Shown here piece by piece: positions 18,048-26,480 of a stretch of 47,153 nt of DNA. Under the pieces are notes generated by a model, which did not search any database, was not told where the DNA came from, and was given only the letters and a program-made list of their open reading frames with translations. Position 1 is the stretch's first letter, and each line of letters opens with the position of its first letter. The position numbers and the translations under genes were made by a program. The DNA comes from a virus (taxonomy: Duplodnaviria; Caudoviricetes): positions 1 through 47,153 of the IMG/VR virus record IMGVR_UViG_3300030372_004498, one strand, 5' to 3'.

Positions 18048-19196
18048 TTAGGCCTCCTTAATTGCTGGCGCGCTGCGGTGCGCTGTCTCAAGGTACGTCA
18101 GGTTGTCCCGATATGCCTTGTCCGCAGGGTTTGCGCCGTCATTGGTGACAGTGCCGCCCTTCATCGCGTCTGCGAAGGGGTCAGCGTTGGCCGCATCTTC
18201 CGACAGGATGTCAAAGCGGGCGTCGATGTAGGCTTCCGACTTGCCAGCAACCGCGTCACCCAACTTGGCAACAACGACAGCCTTGCGGATCGCCGCATCG
18301 GACAGGCCTTCGGTTTTCACGTCAGCCACGATTGCCTTTGCCTTGCCAATCAGGTCGGCACGGTCGGCAACGCGCTTGTCAAGGTCCGCGTCGGAAAGCA
18401 CTTTCCCCTCGGCTGCGTCCTTGGCGGCTTCCAGCTTGGCAATCTCGGCGTCTTTGGCCGCGATCTCCGTGGCGTGTGCCGTTTCCATGTCGGCAACGCG
18501 CTTGTCAGCGTCAGCCTTGAATTTTGTGATAGTTGCAACGTCAGAAGCGGTCACTTGAACCGCCTGATCGCCCAGCACCACAGTAGTAAGAGCATCAGAC
18601 ATAATTGTCTCCTTTTTTGGGTTGCTCACGGTGGAGGGCGTAGCGCCCCACTTGCCCGCATTGTCGCCAATACGAAGGTTCTCCCCGCCACGCGCTTTAG
18701 GCACGATAGCGAGGTGGTTAATCTTAATCGGGCCGGTCTGAACCGCCTGATACGGGGTGCCGTCAGGTGCTACCCCGTCGCGCATTTCAACGCCGGTTGT
18801 GTAGCCCATCGAGATTTCGCGGGTGCCGTCCTGCACTGCTTTGATAGCAGCAGCATCCATCAGCTTGATTGACACGCGGATGCTCTCGCCGTCACGCGCC
18901 ACCTCTTCGCCGATGTCGCCCACTGCGTGATCTTTCCAGTTATCCGCAGTCACCGGCTCAGCAGGGTGACCAACAGTCACGGGCTTGCCTGCGAATGTCG
19001 CCATGCTCGCCTTGTCAAAGACCACTTCGTCAGAGCGGTAGACGTTGACCATGCTGTCACCAATCAGCCCCATTTCTGCGGCGGTGTAGGCTTGGCAACC
19101 AGTACGGGCGCAACGCACATCAGCGACAAGGTAACCCGCCTCTGTAATGCGGGTGCCTGTCAGTGTGGCGCTGTCTGTAAACCTTAGCTCGCTCAT
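18048..19196 (-). CDS. DUF2213 prohead protease/scaffold
   Basis: GYLVAD...ARTG.Q.Y, GKPVT.GHP, EISMGY, NHLAIV..ARGG; coiled-coil C-terminus. Confidence 0.9.
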   Translation of the reverse strand: MSELRFTDSATLTGTRITEAGYLVADVRCARTGCQAYTAAEMGLIGDSMVNVYRSDEVVFDKASMATFAGKPVTVGHPAEPVTADNWKDHAVGDIGEEVARDGESIRVSIKLMDAAAIKAVQDGTREISMGYTTGVEMRDGVAPDGTPYQAVQTGPIKINHLAIVPKARGGENLRIGDNAGKWGATPSTVSNPKKETIMSDALTTVVLGDQAVQVTASDVATITKFKADADKRVADMETAHATEIAAKDAEIAKLEAAKDAAEGKVLSDADLDKRVADRADLIGKAKAIVADVKTEGLSDAAIRKAVVVAKLGDAVAGKSEAYIDARFDILSEDAANADPFADAMKGGTVTNDGANPADKAYRDNLTYLETAHRSAPAIKEA

Positions 19197-20962
19197 TCTT
19201 CTGTGATCCTTTCCGCCCAATCCTCTTTGATCTCGGCAAACACTTCCGGGCCAAAGATCAGCGGGCCGGTATACGGCTCGATGTCCGCAATATCCGGCGC
19301 GTCAGGGTCATAGCTGATCGTGACGTGGGGCTGATACTCAGGATGATCCCAAGACGCCCCAGCGTCCTTAATGCGCTCGTGACGCCATTTCAGTTCGTCG
19401 GAGGCAAACAGCAGAACCCGCGCCTCCCCGAATTGCTCCATCTGGCGCGGCCCGCCCGCCCCCAATTCAAGGCGCGGCGTCCAGCTTTCGCCCACGTCCA
19501 TCCAATCAACCGGGTTGCGGCTGAATGCGATTGTGACGTGCATGTCGCCTTCCGGCAGGGTTGTCTTGAACCCCTGAGCCTTAGCCCAACGGATCACGTC
19601 CTTAGCGTTCAGCAGCTTGCGGCTAACATAGAGGGTCTGAGGCTTGGCGTCGGTAATTCCGACATCATCCGCGCCGAAGTCGTCTTCATCGACCGGGAAT
19701 TCCTCCGCTGCACTCTCTAGGCCGGGGAATGCGCCGCTTTCCGTCAGAGCGTTAATCAGCGCCTTGCCGCCCGCCTCAACAGACACTGCGTCAATCTCGA
19801 CCGCGTTTTTCATGGTCTCCGAAAGCGCCTTGCCGGTCTCTGCCCGCTCTTTCGCAGTTGGCTGCCATAGCGGACGCCAGTTGTAGTAAACATCAGCAGG
19901 GCGAGACCCCAAAGCCGACCTGATCAAGCATTCATCCAATACGCCCATTGCGGGCTGCATCTTGAGTGTCTGGTGCACCTTCACGCGGTCATAGTACCCG
20001 CGAGTGTCCGCATCACCGGTCGCGTTAAGCCCGCCGGGTGACATGCCAAACAGAAGCGTCATAGGAATGCCCGACGCTGCGCTGGCAAGCTGCATCATCC
20101 GGTCGGCGATGTTGTCCAAGCTACCGAAGGACGCGCTTTTCTGCTCATACGCCTCTTTTTCATCAAGGATCATCGCGCCGTTGATGCCCTTGGCGGTAGC
20201 CGCGAGCGTGAGGCGATGAAGAAGCTGTTGCTCAAATTTAGTGCCGCCCTGCTCAAGCTGTCGCATGAGGTCAGGAATCTTGATTACGTCAATCTTGGCC
20301 TCATAGACCAATGACAGGATGTTGCCCGCCACTTCATCCACGCGCTTTACAGCGTCGATCATACCCGCCAGTGCGCTATCGCCCCAGCCGCCTACGTTCG
20401 TATTCTGACGGTCGGCCATTGGCTGGATGCCGTGAAACACCACAAGGCGAGACGGGTGAATAGTTGGCGTAATTTCATTCCCAACCGCCAGTGACCATTC
20501 CTTGGGTGACCCAAACCACGGCTTGCGGGGGTCAAGTTCCTGCTCACCCGCGCTCAGGTCGGTGTCGCTCAGTACCGTGAGATACTTCACCCCATCCTTG
20601 CCGAGGTTTGCCGGGTTGAGCGGCTTGGCCATGTCTTTTTCGTTCGTTACGATCAGGATAGCAGAGCCGCCGTAGAGCCGCGCTAGGCGCGATGCCTCCA
20701 AGACCTTACCCTGCACCCCTAAACGGGCCTCAGTGGCCTCTATCGCGCTAATATCGGCGCTTTCGGCCTGCCATTCACGCCATTCCCGGCAAGCGTCCTC
20801 TGCGGGCAGGTCAATGACGCGCTGCACAAGCGAAGATGCCTGATAAGCGGCCCATAGCTGCTGACGGTTATGCGTCCCCGGCACATACTCGGCCTGCCCA
20901 CCTTTGTCGCGGGTCGTGCCGAGATTGGCGACGACATTGCGCAGGCTGTCGAACATCTGCAT
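19193..20962 (-). CDS. DUF1073-type portal protein fused to a C-terminal Acb1-like 2H phosphoesterase
   Basis: Portal motifs (ARLYGGS, GIP.T.LFG.SP.GLNATG..D...YYD); last ~150 aa carry two HVT motifs (19532-19540, 19319-19327). Confidence 0.88.
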   Translation of the reverse strand: MQMFDSLRNVVANLGTTRDKGGQAEYVPGTHNRQQLWAAYQASSLVQRVIDLPAEDACREWREWQAESADISAIEATEARLGVQGKVLEASRLARLYGGSAILIVTNEKDMAKPLNPANLGKDGVKYLTVLSDTDLSAGEQELDPRKPWFGSPKEWSLAVGNEITPTIHPSRLVVFHGIQPMADRQNTNVGGWGDSALAGMIDAVKRVDEVAGNILSLVYEAKIDVIKIPDLMRQLEQGGTKFEQQLLHRLTLAATAKGINGAMILDEKEAYEQKSASFGSLDNIADRMMQLASAASGIPMTLLFGMSPGGLNATGDADTRGYYDRVKVHQTLKMQPAMGVLDECLIRSALGSRPADVYYNWRPLWQPTAKERAETGKALSETMKNAVEIDAVSVEAGGKALINALTESGAFPGLESAAEEFPVDEDDFGADDVGITDAKPQTLYVSRKLLNAKDVIRWAKAQGFKTTLPEGDMHVTIAFSRNPVDWMDVGESWTPRLELGAGGPRQMEQFGEARVLLFASDELKWRHERIKDAGASWDHPEYQPHVTISYDPDAPDIADIEPYTGPLIFGPEVFAEIKEDWAERITEE

Positions 20963-22425
20963 TATAATGCGCCCTCATAGGAGAAGCCGTAACCACCCAG
21001 CATGTCCGCGATAGCGTCCATCATCGGGTCAATCTGATCGTCAAAGCCGGTGCCGAGGCCGTCAAATGTCTGCATCTCGTACCTCAAGCTTTCCGTGAAC
21101 GCCGCGTCTTTGGGCAGCCACACTTGGCCGGTTGCGACCCATGGGGCAGCGTCGAGACCGCGCGTGTACTTGTCTTTCGTGTTGCGCTGGATGCCCTGAA
21201 CCGGGATGCCTTGGCGCTTGAGTGACTGGATCAGCCCGGTGCCTGAAACCTTGTCCTCAACCCAGAGGCCACGAACATTCCGCCCGGCGTCTTTGTGCTT
21301 CTGCCAGAAGGCCATCGCGCTCTTTTCAAGGTCGGGCGCTTCCCACTTGCCGCGCACCAGATCGATCAGGCCTGCACCGCCGCCCTTGAACTTGGCCCAT
21401 AGCTCTATGACAGAGTAGTCGTTCCGTTCGCCCGTTTTTTGAGCCGTGTCCGCGTACATGCGGTAATAGTCGATCTCCGGCAGGTCGCCCTCAACGTACC
21501 AGCGAACCCCGCTCATATCGAACAGCGCACCCTCGATAGAAACGGGTCGCTGCATGTACTGGCTTGCGAAAGTGTAGGCGTCTGCCCGTAGCACCTCGAT
21601 CTGCTCTGCGTCCTGCTTTGCGGGCCATAGGGGGCCGTCTGGCAGGTTGTGTTCTATCGGCCTGCCGTGCGTCCATTCCGCCGGGTAGTCAGCGCTCTTG
21701 TCGATCAGAACGGGCAGGTCTAGGTGATCCCAAACCTCGCCCGTGCCGCCTTTGAGCAAATGCCCCACGAAGTCGTCACCGTGTAGGCGCTGCATAATGA
21801 CAACGATAGGCACCCGCTCATGCGCTAGGCGGCTGCGGAAGGTGTTAGTCGCCCTCTTGTTAACCGCTGCCCGCTTGGCGGGGCTGAATGCGTCGTCGGG
21901 CTTTAGTGGGTCGTCAATGACAAGCGCGCCGGTGAAGGCGTCCTTATCCATGCGCCCTGCCCTAAAGCCGGTGATTGGTCCGCCTGCCGCCTTGGCAAGC
22001 ATCCCGCCGCCCTGATCCGTCTTCCAGCGGTCTTTCGCGCTAGTGTCTGTCTTGATCGTGACCGTCTGCATTTCCCGAAATTCGGGCAGTTCAATCAGTC
22101 CCTTGATCTTGTCGCTGTTTTCGCGCGCCAGATCGTCAGAGAACGTGGCGTGTATAAAACGGCTTGCCGGGTTGATCGCAAACCCACGGGCAATGAAGTT
22201 AACCACCGCCGCCTCTGTTTTCGTGTACCCCGGCGGAAGCGTGATGATCACCCGGTGCCGCTTGCCCGCCAGAACATCGTCCAGCACATCACCGATCACC
22301 GCGTGGTGCGGCCCCTCGATAAACTCCATACCCTCACGGGCCGGAAAGAAGTGCTTGGCGAATGCAAGCGTCTTACGTCTTGCCCACTCCGTCTGAATTT
22401 GCTGCTTTGTTGGTAAGGCGTTCAA
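20962..22425 (-). CDS. terL: Terminase large subunit
   Basis: Walker A LPPGYTKT, Walker B LVIDDP, IMQRLH, DTA.K....D, EDK.SG, DDQID nuclease motifs. Confidence 0.95.
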   Translation of the reverse strand: MNALPTKQQIQTEWARRKTLAFAKHFFPAREGMEFIEGPHHAVIGDVLDDVLAGKRHRVIITLPPGYTKTEAAVVNFIARGFAINPASRFIHATFSDDLARENSDKIKGLIELPEFREMQTVTIKTDTSAKDRWKTDQGGGMLAKAAGGPITGFRAGRMDKDAFTGALVIDDPLKPDDAFSPAKRAAVNKRATNTFRSRLAHERVPIVVIMQRLHGDDFVGHLLKGGTGEVWDHLDLPVLIDKSADYPAEWTHGRPIEHNLPDGPLWPAKQDAEQIEVLRADAYTFASQYMQRPVSIEGALFDMSGVRWYVEGDLPEIDYYRMYADTAQKTGERNDYSVIELWAKFKGGGAGLIDLVRGKWEAPDLEKSAMAFWQKHKDAGRNVRGLWVEDKVSGTGLIQSLKRQGIPVQGIQRNTKDKYTRGLDAAPWVATGQVWLPKDAAFTESLRYEMQTFDGLGTGFDDQIDPMMDAIADMLGGYGFSYEGAL

Positions 22426-22855
22426 GTTGCTTCAACTCCTTATCCGACAGGTTGGATAGGACCACGGCAGGCGCTGGTGTCATGCTGCCGTCTGGGCTGC
22501 TGACCTCCAAACGGCTAGGCTTATCCAGTCCAAGCAGTTTGATCTTGGCCGTTGTCGCCCCGACCATTGCCGACGACTGCGCGTTTTTCTTCGCCTCAAG
22601 CCGCGCCTCTTCCAGTTCCTCCATTGCCCTATGTCGGGTGTAGATTGAAAGCTGCGCCGCCTGCTCAGAAAGCGCCTCAAGCCTTTGGGCTATCTTAGGG
22701 TTGTCTAGAAGCTGGCTTGCCTCGACATAGATCCACTCATCGCGGGCATTATCCTCCACATCATACGAGCGGCGGTATGCCTCTGCGGCGTTGCCTGTCT
22801 CGAAATAGGCCAGTGCAAACGCCTCTTGCTTTAGCGTTAGTGCACGCTCTGCCAT
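22373..22855 (-). CDS. terS: Terminase small subunit
   Basis: LT.KQE.FA..Y..TGNA.EAYR..Y...ASQLL.NPKI. Confidence 0.9.
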   Translation of the reverse strand: MAERALTLKQEAFALAYFETGNAAEAYRRSYDVEDNARDEWIYVEASQLLDNPKIAQRLEALSEQAAQLSIYTRHRAMEELEEARLEAKKNAQSSAMVGATTAKIKLLGLDKPSRLEVSSPDGSMTPAPAVVLSNLSDKELKQLERLTNKAANSDGVGKT

Positions 22856-23512
22856 ATCGTGTCGCCTCAGTTATTGGAGGTTGTGGGCTTCCCGCCCGTG
22901 GTGCGTATCGCCGCCGCGTTGCGCCTATGTGCGCTGAGAAAATGACCGGGCCCCATATGGCCTATATCGCCACATTTTGCCGCTAATGGCCTTATTTTAT
23001 TGACGCAAAGGGCCGGGCCCCAAATGACCCGCGCATGTCCGAGGCCGTAGCCAAGTGCAGAGGCGCGTGTCGTATGGTGGGGTATCCGGCTCATGGCTTG
23101 GGATAGCGGCCTTGCGTTCGCCCCGTTGCTGCCTTTGCCCAAGCGGTTCATAGCAGCGAATGTGTTTGAACGCGCCCCGGCGAGCTTATGCTACTGACGC
23201 TTGCCGGGTTATCATGCTGCCACATGGGGTAATGCCAGACGCGCTCTGGAGACGCCACTAACTTGCAAGTTTCAGTCGAGCTTCCCGACCTAGTGACGCC
23301 ACCAGAAAGCGGCTTAGAAAGCGCGGGGCGATGATTAAAGACCTTCGCTCTTACTATCGGGACGGTCAGGCGAGTCCGCGCCATAATCACAAAAGGCAGC
23401 ATTCCCGCCACCTCTTGCGATAAATCACACTCCCACGTTTAAGAGGTGCAGTCAACCCCGCGCGCGCGATTATGCGATTCTTTGTCGTCGGTCAATTGGC
23501 TCAGAAAGCCTC

Positions 23513-23665
23513 CTATTTGGACTGACCGGAAGGAACCCACACATACAGGGCAGGTCCACCGCGATACGCCCAGAACTCGAAACCGCCGCGCACCCACGCA
23601 AATCGCCGGAAGGGGCACTGCGGTCGGGTGAGGCGACGAATGTACTTAACTTTTCTGCCAAACAT
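23513..23665 (-). CDS. Small hypothetical protein flanked by cassette-junction repeats (50 aa)
   Basis: AGGAG SD; MFGRKVKYIRR...SGQSK; both flanks carry CCARATAGGAG. Confidence 0.65.
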   Translation of the reverse strand: MFGRKVKYIRRLTRPQCPFRRFAWVRGGFEFWAYRGGPALYVWVPSGQSK

Positions 23666-23675
23666 GCCTTCGCTC

Positions 23676-24230
23676 CTATCTGGCCTTCCGCTCCAACTTA
23701 TCCGCCAGCCGATCAAGCGCCGCTGCCAGATGCTCTTTCCCCTTCGGCACCGCCTTGTAGCGATACTCGCGCAGATGGGCCACAGCGCGGCCCTCACAGG
23801 CCACCGCCTGCAAGATTGCCTTGTCCTCTGCCGCGACCAGCTTAGACACGCTGAGATAGGCGCTCATGCGGTCTATGCGTATATCAATCGCTTGGTCCGG
23901 CTTGGGGCTGCTGTCCACTACGGGGTCGCTGTAGTCCTTGCCCTGCCCCATTTCGGTCTTGGCCCATGCATCGCGCAGTGTCGCCCCGGCAGTTAGCTGG
24001 CGATTATCAATCACCCCGTCCTTGTGGTACTTCTGGAGCATGTCCACCCGGCGCATCCGCTTTACGTTGTTGGGGTTCACCTGCTCGCCCTTTTCGTTTG
24101 TCCACGTCACAGGCTCTTGCACGAGGTGAAGGCGGTTTGCCGGACCCCGTGCGCCCATGTCCCAATGCTCAGGCATCGCGGCCACTGTCACGGGCGTTTT
24201 CTTCTGTGCTGCCTTCTTACGTCTCGCCAT
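23676..24230 (-). CDS. DUF6456-like late transcriptional regulator (Q/GafZ-like antiterminator)
   Basis: DML..YH..G.ID.RQ..AG..LR..W...L..V.CEG...L..ALDRLA pattern; position at the end of the early operon, upstream of terS. Confidence 0.7.
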   Translation of the reverse strand: MARRKKAAQKKTPVTVAAMPEHWDMGARGPANRLHLVQEPVTWTNEKGEQVNPNNVKRMRRVDMLQKYHKDGVIDNRQLTAGATLRDAWAKTEMGQGKDYSDPVVDSSPKPDQAIDIRIDRMSAYLSVSKLVAAEDKAILQAVACEGRAVAHLREYRYKAVPKGKEHLAAALDRLADKLERKAR

Positions 24231-24465
24231 CTTTGAAAAACCTTTCTGCCTGCCCCTTGGGGTCTTCCAGTTCCGCGTTCCGCGCCCGCAACCAATTGAT
24301 TAACTCCTGCATCGGCACCGACCTGCCCCGTTCTTTCGCCAGCCGCCGCTTGATGCCCATGAATTGCCGCCGATACTTCTCCACCGTGCGGGTCTGCGTC
24401 TCGACCTGCTGCCGTAGCTTGGCGTTGTCTCGCTCTAGCTGGTGGATGCGCTGCGCGGGGGTCAT
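24217..24465 (-). CDS. Hypothetical coiled-coil protein
   Basis: 82 aa; coupled overlaps with neighbours. Confidence 0.7.
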   Translation of the reverse strand: MTPAQRIHQLERDNAKLRQQVETQTRTVEKYRRQFMGIKRRLAKERGRSVPMQELINWLRARNAELEDPKGQAERFFKDGET

Positions 24466-25001
24466 GCCGCCAACCTCCCGTAAAATTCGGTTGCACCCTG
24501 CCCGCGCTGGTCAAAAAGATACCAAGCGCAGTTGTCTTTCCCGGTCATTTTGCTGTCAGGAATCCACTTCACGCGCCCCACGCTCACGACCTTGCGAAGC
24601 CACGGCATGTAGGGGGCGGATTGCTTGGTGTGCATCCAATCGGCATCGAACAGCAGCCAAGCGGGCTGCGCGAAGCTGAACGCCTCAATCATCGGGTGCA
24701 GCAGCTTGCGATCCCATGGCGGGTTTGTGATGATGCAATCTGCCGAGGTGCCGCAGCATTGGTCGCGGTCCAGTTCCAGCGCGTCGGCCTGCGTAATGAA
24801 GTCGGCGCGGGGTTCAATGTCATAGGCCCACTGGCAGGACATGCCGACATGCTCCAGATGCCGCACAAGCGCCCCGTCGCCCGCGCATGGCTCTACAAAC
24901 GCGGTGCCATATTCCAGATGCGCGACAAGCGGCTTCACGGCCTCGAAAGGCGTAGGATAGAAGTCACGCGGGATGCGGTCGAAGTTGCTGCGCTTACCCA
25001 T
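24462..25001 (-). CDS. Orphan DNA amino-methyltransferase
   Basis: DFYPTP, EPCAGDG (SAM binding), IITNPPW (catalytic). Confidence 0.88.
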   Translation of the reverse strand: MGKRSNFDRIPRDFYPTPFEAVKPLVAHLEYGTAFVEPCAGDGALVRHLEHVGMSCQWAYDIEPRADFITQADALELDRDQCCGTSADCIITNPPWDRKLLHPMIEAFSFAQPAWLLFDADWMHTKQSAPYMPWLRKVVSVGRVKWIPDSKMTGKDNCAWYLFDQRGQGATEFYGRLAA

Positions 25002-25455
25002 GGGCTTCCGCCTTCGCCGCCGCTATCCGGTCCTTGCAGGAGACGTGGGGTTCGCGGGATAGGGACCAGACCGTGATATGCGACTTTCGGTCAAAAATGC
25101 GTGACGTCGATAACTCGCCCGCCTTCGTTTGAGCCTGCAAAGAATTGCGTACGTTCTCTCGCTCCGACTTGCAGTCAATGCCCAGCTTGCGGCAAACATC
25201 ATCCAGCGTCCGGCAGCGCCCGTCCTTCATCACGGATAGAACGCGCTCGTCCCGCAGCTTCTTATTCATGCGCTGCTCTGATATAATGCCCGTGGGCCTG
25301 CCTTCTGTCTCACGTGTGACAAGCGCCCGCATGGCCTTTGCGTATGCCGCCTCGTAGTGCTCTGGGTAAGGCTCATTGCGCAGAGTGAACACCGGGGCGC
25401 ATTTGGTCGCCTTGCGGTGTAGTTGTTCGGTGTGGTGGCGTATTGCGAATGTCAT
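24994..25455 (-). CDS. Hypothetical winged-HTH-like protein
   Basis: 153 aa; RTLDDVCRKLGI. Confidence 0.65.
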   Translation of the reverse strand: MTFAIRHHTEQLHRKATKCAPVFTLRNEPYPEHYEAAYAKAMRALVTRETEGRPTGIISEQRMNKKLRDERVLSVMKDGRCRTLDDVCRKLGIDCKSERENVRNSLQAQTKAGELSTSRIFDRKSHITVWSLSREPHVSCKDRIAAAKAEAHG

Positions 25456-25700
25456 TGCTTGGCGTCCTTCTCTGGTGCTGGCTTGGTGGGCGGTAGCGGG
25501 CCGTTGTTGGCTCCGTAGTTGCCGTGCTCGTCAAAACCTCGGTTGCTCATGCTGCTTTCCCTTCCTCCCACGTTGATCTTCTTGGCTAGGGTTGAATTGC
25601 TTAGAATGGGGTGAGAGCGTTTCAGATGGTGCGCTCCACTGGCAAAGTTCGCCTTTTCTAAGCAATCCTCGCCCTCCGCTGGGTGCAGACGGTCAATCAT
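25452..25700 (-). CDS. Hypothetical protein
   Basis: ATG 25700 overlapping the upstream gene end; start uncertain. Confidence 0.45.
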   Translation of the reverse strand: MIDRLHPAEGEDCLEKANFASGAHHLKRSHPILSNSTLAKKINVGGRESSMSNRGFDEHGNYGANNGPLPPTKPAPEKDAKQ

Positions 25701-26088
25701 AATTCCCGTCCTCCACCAGCATCGCCAAGTCGTCGAAAGCGCTCGGCGTATATTCCTGTTTAGTCTGCAAATCCTGCACCACCCCACATGCAAATTTTGC
25801 ACCACCCTTTAGGCGGTATCGGTTGCTCATATTCCGCTTGCCCCGGCCCGTTCGGATGGTGCGGTGCGTCGTCGTGATTAGCTTCTCAGCTTCTAGCTGG
25901 CGCAGGCTGTAGATCACGGCCCGATCTGACAGCCCGGTATCGCTGGCAATGGTCTCAATAGAGGGGTCGCAGCGGCCCGTTTCCTGATTGTGTCGGCTGG
26001 AAAGGGCGATTAGCACCAGCTTGGCACTGGGGCTAACCTTTGCCTTGGGGATGTTTGAAAGCGCGTTCTTGATTGCCGTGAAACTCAT
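25693..26088 (-). CDS. HTH_36-type replication initiator-like protein
   Basis: AKLVLIALS..HN...G.C.PSIETIA..TGLS.RAV...L..LE...LI...N.Y.L. Confidence 0.8.
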   Translation of the reverse strand: MSFTAIKNALSNIPKAKVSPSAKLVLIALSSRHNQETGRCDPSIETIASDTGLSDRAVIYSLRQLEAEKLITTTHRTIRTGRGKRNMSNRYRLKGGAKFACGVVQDLQTKQEYTPSAFDDLAMLVEDGNYD

Positions 26089-26480
26089 TTGGACACCTTC
26101 GCCAGAAACGCTTTCTGGCCCTTTTTGCCCATCGCTTCCCACAGCCCCATGAACACGCGCTTACGGGCCAATTCAGACAGCCCATGCTTGTTGAGCGCGT
26201 CGAGGCGGCGCAGGATTACGGATAGGTAAATTTCAATCTCAACGGGGGTTGCGCAGTCTGCCCACCATCGAGCGGTCTCGCGCATATCGCCAAACGCCTC
26301 ATAGCGCGGCGCACCAGCGGCCACCGTGTCTAGGGCGGCGCTAAGAGCCTCTCCTAGCGCCCTCTGCCCGTCCTGCATCTTGCTGGCGGCGTCTATGGAC
26401 ACGCTCAGCCCTTCGCGCACCATACGCCAATGTGCGGCGTCAGGGATTGCACTAATGTCGATCGGGGAATGCTTGGTCAT
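26085..26480 (-). CDS. Hypothetical protein
   Basis: 131 aa; ATGA overlaps. Confidence 0.75.
   Translation of the reverse strand: MTKHSPIDISAIPDAAHWRMVREGLSVSIDAASKMQDGQRALGEALSAALDTVAAGAPRYEAFGDMRETARWWADCATPVEIEIYLSVILRRLDALNKHGLSELARKRVFMGLWEAMGKKGQKAFLAKVSK

Noticed and set aside
20972-20984. ATAGGAG match on the plus strand
   Set aside because: Antisense within the terL 3' end and lacks the RTCCA half; chance match.
23075-23125. tRNA/tmRNA-like GGGG...CCCCACCA on the minus strand
   Set aside because: Only about 50 nt, with no T-loop or cloverleaf.
23244-23305. Hammerhead ribozyme in the three-way junction
   Set aside because: The CUGANGA and GAAA core is not present in the required arrangement.
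22867-23411. ORFs 22867-23151 and 23148-23411 as genes
   Set aside because: Atypical composition and no recognisable motifs; the region is better explained as a structured leader, although coding cannot be excluded.
24462-25001. Restriction-modification system
   Set aside because: No cognate restriction endonuclease nearby; orphan methylases are routine in temperate phages.
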